A stretch of 63,139 nt of DNA, filler included. It is 6 parts of 6 records of this genome, joined end to end, with 100 filler letters (N's around TTAATTAATTAA, not from the genome) between each part and the next. Parts side by side here need not be neighbours in the genome. Positions count along the whole stretch, not along the records: positions 27,977 to 37,486 come from DRR723986_15903; positions 37,587 to 48,167 come from DRR723986_15910; 4 more parts are not named here. One strand, written 5' to 3'. The position numbers and the translations under genes were made by a program. Position 1 is the first letter of the stretch; every line of letters begins with the position of its first letter. The notes under the pieces were generated by a model. The model was given only the letters and a program-made list of their open reading frames with translations, did not search any database and was not told the DNA's origin. Positions 28,007 to 37,740 of this stretch are shown piece by piece.

Positions 28007-28065
28007 TCATTTGTTGAACTCAAGGTGAGCTTGCCACGGGATTGGAAAATCACCAAGCGGTAATT

Positions 28066-28695
28066 TTAGGCGGTGCGTTTGGCCGGATCCAGATAGGCGA
28101 CGATCATCCGGAATGGGATCAGCGCCAACAGGGCCAGCGATAGCTTGACCATCCAGTCAGCCGTTGCCAGTGACACCCAAAGCGGAGCAACCGGACCCAT
28201 GCCCAAAATAGGCAGGGCTTCGTTTGCCCAGCTGACGTCGTTGCCCGGTTCCAGCCACATCAGCTGTGCTGAAAACGCGATGGAAAAGAACAACGCCGTG
28301 TCCAGTGTTGACCCCACAAGCGTAGAGGCCAGAGGCGCCCGCCACCATGCGCCCTTGCGCAGGGCGGCAAAGACGCTGACGTCAACCAATTGGGCCGTCA
28401 GGAAGGCAAGGCTAGACCCCAGAGCGATGCGAAGCGTGACCAGTGGGCCAAATTCACCCATGATTTGTGTGCCAATCAAAGAGCAGATCAAACCCACGAC
28501 AAAGCCGATTACGACAACTTTGCGTGCAGGACCCGCGCCATAAACGCGGTTCATCAGGTCAGTGACCAGAAAGGCGAGGGGATAAGTAAAGGCACCCCAT
28601 GTCAGCCATTGGCCGAACAGGAACTGTACCAGAATATTCGAGGCCACCACGATGATGGCCATGGCAAGAATGCCAGGGAGATGTGCGCGTGTCAT
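28066..28695 (-). CDS. yhhQ: Queuosine precursor transporter (VUT/COG1738 family)
   Basis: LTWGAFTYPLAFLVTD, RIALGSSLAFLTAQLVDV and GSTLDTALFF motifs. Confidence 0.92.
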   Translation of the reverse strand: MTRAHLPGILAMAIIVVASNILVQFLFGQWLTWGAFTYPLAFLVTDLMNRVYGAGPARKVVVIGFVVGLICSLIGTQIMGEFGPLVTLRIALGSSLAFLTAQLVDVSVFAALRKGAWWRAPLASTLVGSTLDTALFFSIAFSAQLMWLEPGNDVSWANEALPILGMGPVAPLWVSLATADWMVKLSLALLALIPFRMIVAYLDPAKRTA

Positions 28696-28761
28696 TTTGT
28701 ATGCCCGTTTTTGCAAGGTAGCGGCGACTTGGCCCGGTCATAGATCCGGGCAAGCGTCTCC
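28696..28761 (-). promoter_or_regulatory. Candidate structured 5' leader of yhhQ
   Basis: Hairpin GCUUGCCCGG/CCGGG(C)CAAGU; its 5' arm UGCCCG can alternatively pair with CGGGCA next to the start codon. Confidence 0.45.
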
Positions 28762-28789
28762 CTTAAACGTCTTGGTCTATTTTCGCAAG

Positions 28790-29674
28790 TCAGTTGGGCA
28801 AGACGTATTCCACTAGCTCTGTGCGCTGGAAAAACATAAAATTGTCGTCCGACACCATGGTTGCCCGCAACCGATTGCGGTCATCTCGCCAGATGGACAG
28901 ACCTTCTAGATTGTCATGAACCCCTGACCCGGTTTTCAACAGGGTTTCCGGCTGAGAAAGGCCAGCGTTGGTGATTGTCCATCGCCTCAGCTGACTGCGA
29001 AAGCCAAGCATGGATGTGCCACGCTCCAACACATACAGCCGGCCTTGGGCATCGAAATCAGCCCCCACCGGCAAGAATCCATCGGTTGCTGGCAGGCTGA
29101 ATGGGGTCGACCAGCGGCGACCATCCCATCGATAGACCGGGATATTGCCATTAATGTCGCGATTGGCCTCGGGCATGGTGTAAAGCCGCCCTTGCCCATC
29201 CATTGCCAGCGATTCAAACGAGCCGTTTTTGGCGAGCGTGCGAAACGCCTTGGGACGGGGCAGGACTTTGGGCACACCGGATGGGGTGTCGTATTTCGCG
29301 ACCCGGTGCACGCCTTCAAAGGAAATGAAAAGATCCCCGCTTGCGGTGACAACCAACCCTTCAGAGTCCCCTGCGCGCCCAGACAGCACCTTGTTCTTAC
29401 TGGACCGCAGCTTGTTGCTGGCCGTGAACTGTACGGATGTGATCTGATCCCCGTCTCTCAGGATGCGCGCGGTCGCAATTGTGGACCGGTCGCTGAGGAC
29501 GGTCATCGATCCCCCATCAGGTGCCATCTCAAGCGCGGAGAACCCGCCAAACCACGCCTGCTTGCCCTTCCAAGGGAAGGTACCAAGAAGTTCGGCCTGT
29601 GGCGTGCTGATCGCCATGGCTGAACTGCTCAGCAGAACCGCCAGGATTACTGCGACTGTAAGACGGAACGACAT
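28790..29674 (-). CDS. Esterase-like activity of phytase family protein
   Basis: FGGFSALE, LSDR, DSEGL, DNLEGL and MVSDDNF motifs. Confidence 0.88.
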   Translation of the reverse strand: MSFRLTVAVILAVLLSSSAMAISTPQAELLGTFPWKGKQAWFGGFSALEMAPDGGSMTVLSDRSTIATARILRDGDQITSVQFTASNKLRSSKNKVLSGRAGDSEGLVVTASGDLFISFEGVHRVAKYDTPSGVPKVLPRPKAFRTLAKNGSFESLAMDGQGRLYTMPEANRDINGNIPVYRWDGRRWSTPFSLPATDGFLPVGADFDAQGRLYVLERGTSMLGFRSQLRRWTITNAGLSQPETLLKTGSGVHDNLEGLSIWRDDRNRLRATMVSDDNFMFFQRTELVEYVLPN

Positions 29675-30522
29675 TGTTTTGGCAAATCAGACAGAACGTA
29701 TTCACGTCGCGGCTTAGGCTTAGGCGCGTTTGGATCCCGCGGCTTTGGCGGAGGAGGGCTGAGAATGTCGTTCACCCACTTTTGGGCATCGGCACATCCA
29801 TCCCCTTTGGGCGGCGCCGCTTGATTCACGCAGCCTTTCATGCCACGGGGGCATTTGAGCCGGACATGAAAGTGATAGTGGTGCCCATACCAAGGGCGGA
29901 TTTTGCGCAACCATTTGCGATTGCCCTTTTCGTCCTTGCACATCTGCACCTTGGCACCGGGAAACACGAAAATCCGCGCAACTCTCTTGTCCTTGGCGGC
30001 AGCGCGCAGGATCGCGTGATGCTGCGACGTCCAGTTGCTGTTCACAAACGCCCCTTTGGATCGACGCAACGAGATCGACGAGATGTTCTCGCGATGCTTA
30101 CGCGATAGGTTCAGATTGTTGGCGGGCAACATCCAGATATCGATATCCAACCCAATCTGGTGACTGCGATGTCCGGACAACATTGGCCCGCCACGGGGTT
30201 GGCTGATGTCTCCGATATACAACCCGCTCCACCCACGCTGATTACGCGCAAAGGTGCTGAGCTTTTTGATAAAGTCGATGGTTTCCGGGTGACCCCAGTT
30301 TCGATTTCTCGACAGGCGCATCGCCTGCCATGTCGGCCCGGTTTCTGGCAGCTGAACCGCCCCGGCAACGCAGCCCTTGGCATAGCTGCCGAACGGGGCT
30401 GCGGCTTGCTGTGATCCGGTGGTTTTTGCACCGAACAGCGATTTGGCCAGAGGAGCCGCAAAAGCGGGCGTTGTCAGAGCCAGCAGGAAACAAGAAAACA
30501 AAACAAAACGGGGAACTCTCAC
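29647..30522 (-). CDS. mepA: Penicillin-insensitive murein endopeptidase
   Basis: RNRNWGHP, GDISQPRGGPM, GHRSHQIGLDID and HHYHFHVRL motifs; GTG start overlaps the MFS stop (GTGA). Confidence 0.93.
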   Translation of the reverse strand: MRVPRFVLFSCFLLALTTPAFAAPLAKSLFGAKTTGSQQAAAPFGSYAKGCVAGAVQLPETGPTWQAMRLSRNRNWGHPETIDFIKKLSTFARNQRGWSGLYIGDISQPRGGPMLSGHRSHQIGLDIDIWMLPANNLNLSRKHRENISSISLRRSKGAFVNSNWTSQHHAILRAAAKDKRVARIFVFPGAKVQMCKDEKGNRKWLRKIRPWYGHHYHFHVRLKCPRGMKGCVNQAAPPKGDGCADAQKWVNDILSPPPPKPRDPNAPKPKPRREYVLSDLPKQCRSVLQSQ

Positions 30523-31886
30523 TCGGAACCATCTCCTTCGGGTTTGACCCAATGTAACAAGATAAGGCCGATGATAAACAACCCGATGACTGGGGAAACC
30601 CCCAATCGCGCGCTGCCTGTCATTGTTGTGGCGATGCCGATCAGCATGGGGGCCATAAACGCCGTCGCACGACCTGAAAGACCATATAAACCAAAGCTTT
30701 CGGTCGGCGTTTCAGGGTCTGAATGGCGCACCATCAGGCTGCGGCTCGAGGCTTGCAGAATGCCCCCCATGCCGCCGATCAGGATTCCACAGCCGAAAAA
30801 CAGCAGATCCGGCAGGTTTGATCCGGGCGCAAGTTGAATGCCAAATACCTGTGTTCGGTCCATGCTGATGATTGTTGTGCAGACAAAAATCAGAATCCAA
30901 ATTGCAACGATGATGACCGGCTTGGGACCAAAACGTTTGTCCATCTTGCCGCCAACCCATGCAAAGATTGAGGCGGCTAAAACGCTGATGATCCCGAACA
31001 CGCCGATTTTGACAATGTCCCATTCTAACACCAGCTTGGCATAGACCCCGCCAAACCCATACAGCCCGTTCAAGGCGTCCCGATAGAACATCGACGATCC
31101 AAGATAGCTGCGCAGGCTGACACGGGTTTTGAGGTTGGACAGGGATTTGCCCAAAACCCCAAGGGCCTGTGAAAAAGAACCGCGTTTTCCGGTTGCCTTG
31201 GCGTCGCGAACCCACAGGAAATACGGGATCATAAAGATCATGTACCAAGCAGCCGTCATCGGCCCGACAAAGCGCGTGCCTTCTTTCTGCGCGGCGTCAA
31301 ATCCGAAAAACGGATCCAAGCCGATCAGTGTTTTGCCGTTGGGTTGTTCCACAAACATCAGCAACATGATGGCAAGCGACACAAGCCCGCCGAAATAGCC
31401 AAAGGCAAACCCGGACCCAGAGATTTCGCCGACCTCGCTTGGGTCCCCCAGTTCTGGAAGCTGGGAGTTGATGAAAATCAACGCGTATTCCGCGCCAACA
31501 AATCCCAACCCAAAGGCGGACAGCATCAGCCACATGTTTGATCCGTCCGGCGCGGTGTACCATAGCAGCGCGGACCCCACGACATACATCACCGAAAACC
31601 CAAAGATCCAAGGAATCCTGCGGCCCGTCACATCGGCCAAGGCCCCAATTAACGGCGCGCCAAATCCGATCAGCAATCCGGTGATTGTCAGGCACAGCGA
31701 CCAGACGCTTTGGGCTTTGGCGGCGGCGGCTTGGTTATCAAAACCGGCTTCGATGAAATAGCCCGCAGCGACCCCGGCAAAGAAGGGGCCGAAAATAAAG
31801 GTGACCAGCAGCGTGTGAAACGGTTGGCTGGCCCAGTCAAAGAACCACCAACCCCAAATCCGCTTGCGTGTTGAAATCGTTGTCAT
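30519..31886 (-). CDS. MFS transporter (UMF1/Atg22-like)
   Basis: WGWWFFDWASQPF, SGSGFAFGYFGG and QASSRSLM motifs. Confidence 0.9.
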   Translation of the reverse strand: MTTISTRKRIWGWWFFDWASQPFHTLLVTFIFGPFFAGVAAGYFIEAGFDNQAAAAKAQSVWSLCLTITGLLIGFGAPLIGALADVTGRRIPWIFGFSVMYVVGSALLWYTAPDGSNMWLMLSAFGLGFVGAEYALIFINSQLPELGDPSEVGEISGSGFAFGYFGGLVSLAIMLLMFVEQPNGKTLIGLDPFFGFDAAQKEGTRFVGPMTAAWYMIFMIPYFLWVRDAKATGKRGSFSQALGVLGKSLSNLKTRVSLRSYLGSSMFYRDALNGLYGFGGVYAKLVLEWDIVKIGVFGIISVLAASIFAWVGGKMDKRFGPKPVIIVAIWILIFVCTTIISMDRTQVFGIQLAPGSNLPDLLFFGCGILIGGMGGILQASSRSLMVRHSDPETPTESFGLYGLSGRATAFMAPMLIGIATTMTGSARLGVSPVIGLFIIGLILLHWVKPEGDGSE

Positions 31887-31932
31887 GCGCATCCCCGAGA
31901 GAGTTGGCTTGATATGACGAGTTCTACACTCT

Positions 31933-32481
31933 TTAAGCAAGCCTCTCTTGCATAGGCGGCCAAGGTCGTTGCACGTCAGCCGCGCACCACGCAGCAATCC
32001 ATTCGGGCATGTCAGGCGATGTGCTGTCTGTTTGACCCATTTCCGCCAACACCCGGCTTGGTGTGACGATGCCTTTGGAATTGGTGACTGCGGCCCGGAA
32101 CAAGACGTGGCTGGCGCATTCGCCGTTCTTTTTCCACATGGATTGTTCGAGATAGATGAACTTGTCGTCCCAGCACACCGCCCGGCTGCGCATTTCGAAC
32201 CGTTCGAACCCGCGAATACGACGGCGAAAACGCACGGTGCTGCCGGCCATTGTCATGCCCCAGCGTTTTTTGGTGATCACGCTGATCAATCCCACACGCT
32301 GCGCATTCATGCTGCGCCCCAAATCATACAGCGTCATCGCACGGCCGTTGTTCAGCTCCAGCCAGATATCCAAATCCCAGGGCCAACAGATGTGCGATGA
32401 CACGTGGGTTTCAGTCAGGTTCAAAGGCGGCATACGGCGGGCAACCATCAGATCTTTGATCAGGCGAACAATCGGAAACAT
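31933..32481 (-). CDS. Acyl-CoA thioesterase (hotdog fold)
   Basis: CWPWDLDIWLELNNGR motif. Confidence 0.88.
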   Translation of the reverse strand: MFPIVRLIKDLMVARRMPPLNLTETHVSSHICWPWDLDIWLELNNGRAMTLYDLGRSMNAQRVGLISVITKKRWGMTMAGSTVRFRRRIRGFERFEMRSRAVCWDDKFIYLEQSMWKKNGECASHVLFRAAVTNSKGIVTPSRVLAEMGQTDSTSPDMPEWIAAWCAADVQRPWPPMQERLA

Positions 32482-32611
32482 GGGAATGGGACCTTTCTTT
32501 GCGTCTCTCATGCCGCAATGCGGCGTGACGTCAACCACAACCTTGCGAAACCCTTGCCCTTTTTGTCTTGGCTGCTTAGGTCTGACACGGTTCAAATAAA
32601 GGCGAGCTTCT

Positions 32612-32899
32612 ATGCAATCTCTGTTCCAAATCCTGATGCTGATCCTGGACGTCGTCTGGTTCTTCATTATCGCTCATGTGATCATGAGCTGGCTGATCAA
32701 TTTTCAGGTTCTAAACCTGAACCAACAACTTGTTTCGCAGGTCTGGTATGGTTTGAATCGCGTGTTAGAGCCGCTTTATGGTCCGATCCGCCGGATGCTG
32801 CCGCCGATGTCGGGGCTGGACTTGGCGCCATTGATCGTGCTGCTGGGGGTTTTTGCAGCCCGTATCATCTTGACCAACAACATCGCGTTTTTCTACTGA
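32612..32899 (+). CDS. YggT family membrane protein
   Basis: IMSWL...EPLYGPIRRMLPPMSGLDLAP. Confidence 0.92.
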   Translation: MQSLFQILMLILDVVWFFIIAHVIMSWLINFQVLNLNQQLVSQVWYGLNRVLEPLYGPIRRMLPPMSGLDLAPLIVLLGVFAARIILTNNIAFFY

Positions 32900-33039
32900 C
32901 CCGGTGATCTGACGGTTGGGATCTACCCAGGCGACATGTCCGGACAAGAGGGCGTGCGCCCTCTTGTTCCCTGATTCTTAGTATGTGATTGTGTCCTACA
33001 AGAGCAGATAGACAAAATCACATACGAGGCCTGCCAATA

Positions 33040-35079
33040 ATGCCCGACTCTGCGACCCTGTTGCGAGATGTCTTTGGATTCGACGCTTTCCGCGATGGGC
33101 AGGAAGAGATCGTTCAAGCCGTAACCGCGGGTGAAAACGTGTTGGCGATCATGCCAACGGGTGGCGGTAAATCGCTTTGTTTTCAGTTGCCTGCTTTGAT
33201 GCGTGATGGCGTGACGGTGGTAATTTCTCCGCTGATCGCGTTGATGCGGGATCAAGTGCGCGCCCTGCAAGAGGCAGGCGTCGCCGCCGGGGCACTGACC
33301 TCGGGCAATACCCCCGAAGAAACCGAAGCGGTCTGGGAGGCGTTAGAAGCCGGACGCCTGAAACTGCTCTACATGGCGCCGGAACGTTTGGCGGCGGGAT
33401 CGGCCATGGGCATGTTGCGCCGGATCGGTGTCAGCATGATCGCCGTGGACGAGGCCCATTGCGTTAGCCAGTGGGGCCATGATTTCCGCCCGGACTATTT
33501 GCGGATCGGCGAACTGCGGCGCGCGCTGGATGTGCCTCTTGCGGCATTTACAGCGACGGCTGATGCGGAAACCCAAGAAGAGATCGTTCAAAAACTATTC
33601 GATGGGTCCCCCCCACGCGCCTTTTTGCGCGGATTTGACCGCCCCAATATCCACCTTGCGTTCACGGCCAAAGATGGTCCGCGCCGCCAGATCCTTGAAT
33701 TTGCTGCGGCCCGCAAAGGGCAATCTGGCATTGTCTATTGCGGCACGCGTAACAAAACTGAAACCCTGTCACAGGGGTTGCGCGAAGCCGGTCATACAGC
33801 CTGCTATTACCACGGCGGGATGGAGGCCGAAGATCGCCGCATCGTAGAAACCCGGTTCGCCCGTGAGGATGGCTTGATTGTTGTGGCCACCGTAGCGTTT
33901 GGCATGGGGATCGACAAACCCGATATCCGCTGGGTTGCCCATGCGGATTTGCCCAAATCAATCGAAGCTTACTATCAGGAAATCGGGCGGGCTGGACGGG
34001 ACGGTGGCCCCGCTGAAACCCTGACCCTATTCGGCCCTGATGATATTCGCCTTAGACGCACACAAATTGACGAAGGCCTAGCCCCCGCCGACCGCCGCGA
34101 CGCGGATCATGGGCGTTTGAATGCCCTGCTCGGGCTGGCCGAAGCGTTGGAATGTCGCCGTAAAACATTGCTGGGTTATTTCGGGGAAACCGCTGAGAAA
34201 TGTGGACATTGCGATCTGTGTGACACGCCTGCCGATGTGTTCGATGGCACAATGGCGGTGCGCAAAGCGCTGTCTGCAATTCTGCGCACCGAAGAGTGGT
34301 TTGGATCCGGTCATTTGATCGACATTCTGTTGGGCAATGAGACTGATAAGATTCTGGCACGGCGACACGATCAGATCCAAACGTTCGGTGTTGGCAAAGA
34401 ATACACCCGGCCACAGTGGCAGGCGATTTTTCGTCAAATGATGGGTCATGATCTGGTGCGCCCTGATCGAGACCGTCACGGCGCGCTGCGCATGACCGAA
34501 GCCGCCAAGCCGATCCTCAAGGGGGAGGCGACGATCGAGCTTCGTCGGGATTCGATCCGCAAAGCAACACGCCGACCCGCTGTAAAAGCCATGGTCTCGG
34601 ATGAGGATGCACCGCTGTTGTCCGCACTCAAAGCGAAACGCCGGTTCTTGGCCGAAGCCGCCAAAGTTCCAGCATACGTGATCTTTCCGGATCGCACGTT
34701 GATCGAAATGGCGGAAACGCGCCCGGGCACGTTGGATCAAATGGCGCGCGTGGCTGGCGTGGGCGCAAAGAAACTCGAACGCTATGGCACGCTGTTTCTC
34801 GAAGTGATCACCGGCGCGATCGAAGAGCTTCACCCGGCGCGCCTCAAATTGGCAGGGCGTGGCACTGCCGAGGTCTATGATCAACTGCTTGAAGTACAGG
34901 CCGAATTGTCACGTGGCACGGATGGGGTGGACAAGCCGCTTAGCTGTTCTGCCTCGCAATTGGCCAAAGTCGCACAAATGCGCCCGGACGATTCACAAGG
35001 GGTGGAACGCGTCTTGGGGGAACGCCGTGCGGAACGTTTTGCGGCTGCTTTTCTGGACGTGCTGCGTGCTGCAAGCTAG
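33040..35079 (+). CDS. recQ: ATP-dependent DNA helicase RecQ
   Basis: MPTGGGKS, DEAHCVSQWGHDFRP and YYQEIGRAGRDG motifs; Zn/RQC and HRDC domains. Confidence 0.97.
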   Translation: MPDSATLLRDVFGFDAFRDGQEEIVQAVTAGENVLAIMPTGGGKSLCFQLPALMRDGVTVVISPLIALMRDQVRALQEAGVAAGALTSGNTPEETEAVWEALEAGRLKLLYMAPERLAAGSAMGMLRRIGVSMIAVDEAHCVSQWGHDFRPDYLRIGELRRALDVPLAAFTATADAETQEEIVQKLFDGSPPRAFLRGFDRPNIHLAFTAKDGPRRQILEFAAARKGQSGIVYCGTRNKTETLSQGLREAGHTACYYHGGMEAEDRRIVETRFAREDGLIVVATVAFGMGIDKPDIRWVAHADLPKSIEAYYQEIGRAGRDGGPAETLTLFGPDDIRLRRTQIDEGLAPADRRDADHGRLNALLGLAEALECRRKTLLGYFGETAEKCGHCDLCDTPADVFDGTMAVRKALSAILRTEEWFGSGHLIDILLGNETDKILARRHDQIQTFGVGKEYTRPQWQAIFRQMMGHDLVRPDRDRHGALRMTEAAKPILKGEATIELRRDSIRKATRRPAVKAMVSDEDAPLLSALKAKRRFLAEAAKVPAYVIFPDRTLIEMAETRPGTLDQMARVAGVGAKKLERYGTLFLEVITGAIEELHPARLKLAGRGTAEVYDQLLEVQAELSRGTDGVDKPLSCSASQLAKVAQMRPDDSQGVERVLGERRAERFAAAFLDVLRAAS

Positions 35080-35111
35080 ATCAGCTGGAACAATGGAATT
35101 GGGGGACTGAA

Positions 35112-35885
35112 ATGTTGGTGGTGATTTCTCCGGCCAAACGGCTGGATTGGGCAGAGCGGGACGTGGTTGCAACCGAACCCGACTATCAAGAGGATGCGAT
35201 CCGACTGGTGAAAACCGCGCGGAACCTGACCCTTGGCGATCTACAAAAGCTGATGGATATCAGCCCTGATTTGGCGCGGTTGAACCGGGATCGGTTCAAA
35301 TCCTTTGAACCCGAGCCAACAGCAGATGTAACGCGCCCCGCCGCCTTGGCCTTTGCTGGCGACACCTATCAGGGTCTCGAGGCCGCATCACTGGACGCGG
35401 ATGAGATGGCCTGGGCACAAGATCATCTGCGCATCTTATCGGGTCTTTATGGTTTGTTGCGTCCCCTGGACCTCATTCAGGCGTACCGTCTGGAGATGGG
35501 CAGCAAACTGAAAACAAGACGCGGCACGTCCTTGTACGACTATTGGCGCGATGACCTGAGCAAAGGCTTGAACGCGCAGGCGGCGGACATCGGGACCGAT
35601 GTCTTGGTCAACTGTGCGAGTCAGGAGTACTTTGGTGCCGTTGCCCCCAAGGCGCTGAAGTTGCGGGTCGTGACGCCGGTCTTTATGGAAGACAAAGGCC
35701 CAGCCCCCAAGATTGTCAGCTTTTTCGCCAAAAAGGCGCGGGGCGCGATGGCGCGGTATATTGTTCAAAATCGGCTGACGGATGCAGAGGCGCTGAACGA
35801 TTTTGATATCGGCGGCTATGAATTCCGGGCTGATCTGTCAGAGCCAAACAAACCCGTTTTTGTGCGCCCTTATCAAGATAAATGA
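35112..35885 (+). CDS. yaaA: Peroxide stress protein YaaA (UPF0246)
   Basis: ISPAK, LSGLYGLLRPLD, YRLEMG and AKKARG motifs. Confidence 0.95.
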   Translation: MLVVISPAKRLDWAERDVVATEPDYQEDAIRLVKTARNLTLGDLQKLMDISPDLARLNRDRFKSFEPEPTADVTRPAALAFAGDTYQGLEAASLDADEMAWAQDHLRILSGLYGLLRPLDLIQAYRLEMGSKLKTRRGTSLYDYWRDDLSKGLNAQAADIGTDVLVNCASQEYFGAVAPKALKLRVVTPVFMEDKGPAPKIVSFFAKKARGAMARYIVQNRLTDAEALNDFDIGGYEFRADLSEPNKPVFVRPYQDK

Positions 35886-35904
35886 GCCACGGCGCCGCAT
35901 TGGG

Positions 35905-37486
35905 TTACGCGTCCCGGGGCTGCACAGGGTCCGCATCTTTGGGCGCTGAGGCAAAAATCCGTTCATGAATCAAAGCCTTGCGCAGCGGTTTGGTCAGATA
36001 ATGGTCTAAGCCAGCGGCCAAAATGCCATCTGAATCGCCCGTCATTGCATGGGCGGTCAGGGCCACGATCGGGACATGTTGCCCGGTTCCGGCCTCTAGT
36101 TTCCGAATTTCTTTTGTGGCTTCTTTGCCGTCCATTTTGGGCATCGAAATATCCATAAAGATCAGATCAGGCCGGAACGTCGAATAAGCTTCTACAGCCT
36201 CCAAACCGTTGTTTGCGAACTTGAGCTCAACGTTGAGCTTTTGCACCATCTTGCGGAACACAAGTTGGTTGGTGCGATTGTCTTCGGCGGCCAAGACCCG
36301 CATCAAACGCTTTTCGGTGTGGGGCTCTTCTGGATCTTGTGGCGCGACCGGGGGGGTTGGCTCTGGAGGGGGGGCTACGGCTTCGGGCTTGTCCAAGGCT
36401 GCGCTGCGTTCGGGTTTCTCACCAGCAGGAGGGGTGAGCGAAGCCAGACGTGAAAACAGTTCAGCTCTGGGAACAGGTTTTTGCAAAATACACTGCAGGT
36501 GCTCGCTGGCTGGGTCCGCCTGCGCCTCGCGTTGGTTGGAACTGAGCAAGACAAACGGGATGTCCGCCCACCCTTTGGCCCTGACTGTTTTTGCAAGCTC
36601 CAAACCGTTGAGATCCGGGATATTTTGATCACTCAGGATGATGTCTACTGTATCATCCAAAAGCTCCAAAGCCTCGTCCGCCGTGGCGCAAGAGGTAACT
36701 TTCGCCCCGATCTGAGACATCTGTTTCTCAAGGATTGCACGATTGACGCACAGGTTTTCAACCACCATCACGTGGCGCATGTTGTGCGAAAGATGTGGCG
36801 GGGAGGGTTGGGGACCTTCGGCCATTGGCATCGGAACCCGAAAGCCAAAACACGACCCCTTGCCTTCTTCACTTTCAACCCAAACAGACCCACCCATCAA
36901 TTCAATCAGACGCTGAGAAATGGCCAGGCCAAGCCCGGTCCCTTCGAATTGGCGGTTCCGTTCATCTTCGACTTGGTTGAATTCCCCGAAAATGTGATTG
37001 ATTTTACTGTCCGGAATCCCAATACCGGTATCTTCAATCGCGATATGAATTGCGCAGCTTTGGGAAACGGGATCTGGCACACCGGTGACGCGAATAAGCA
37101 CGTGCCCGGCTTTGGTAAATTTGACTGCATTGCCCACAAGATTTGTTAGAACCTGACGCACGCGCCCAGGATCACCTGAAAAAATTGTCGGTAGAAACAG
37201 GTCGTAGTCAACCAACAGGGTCAGATCTTTGTCGCGCACCGAAGGCTGCAACAACATTGCAACCTCGTGGATGCAATGTTCCAGATCAAAGGGTTCTGGA
37301 TGCAGAACCAACTTATCAGCTTCGATTTTGGAGTAATCCAAAACATCGTTGATGATAACCAACAGCGCTTCGCCAGAGTTCTTAATCGTGTTGGCGTAAA
37401 GCCTTTGCTCCTCGCTCAAACTCGTGTCGGTTAACAGCTCCGCCATGCCCACGACCCCGTTCATGGGGGTGCGAATTTCATGGCTC
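35905..37486 (-). CDS. Hybrid sensor histidine kinase/response regulator (5'-truncated)
   Basis: SHEIRTPMNG H-box at the contig edge, NLVGNAVKF, GTGLGL, two REC domains. Confidence 0.93.
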
Positions 37487-37586
37487 NNNNNNNNNNNNNN
37501 NNNNNNNNNNNNNNNNNNNNNNNNNNNNNNTTAATTAATTAANNNNNNNNNNNNNNNNNNNNNNNNNNNNNNNNNNNNNNNNNNNN
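37487..37586. other. Artificial contig linker
   Basis: N44-TTAATTAATTAA-N44. Confidence 0.99.
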
Positions 37587-37654
37587 CAGCCACCGAATGC
37601 AATGAGAGGGGCGCAGCGCTCATACCCCAGACACAAAACCCCAAAACCATTAAA

Positions 37655-37689
37655 CAAAAAAACGACGCAGGGAAAACCCCACGCCGTTT
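37655..37689 (-). terminator. Intrinsic terminator after the DnaJ-like gene
   Basis: Minus strand AAACGGCGUGGGG-UUUU-CCCUGCGUCGUUU plus U-run. Confidence 0.65.
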
Positions 37690-37740
37690 AACATTTAACC
37701 AAAAGTCAGTCACGAAGTTTAAGTGCCGCCACCCAAAAGA

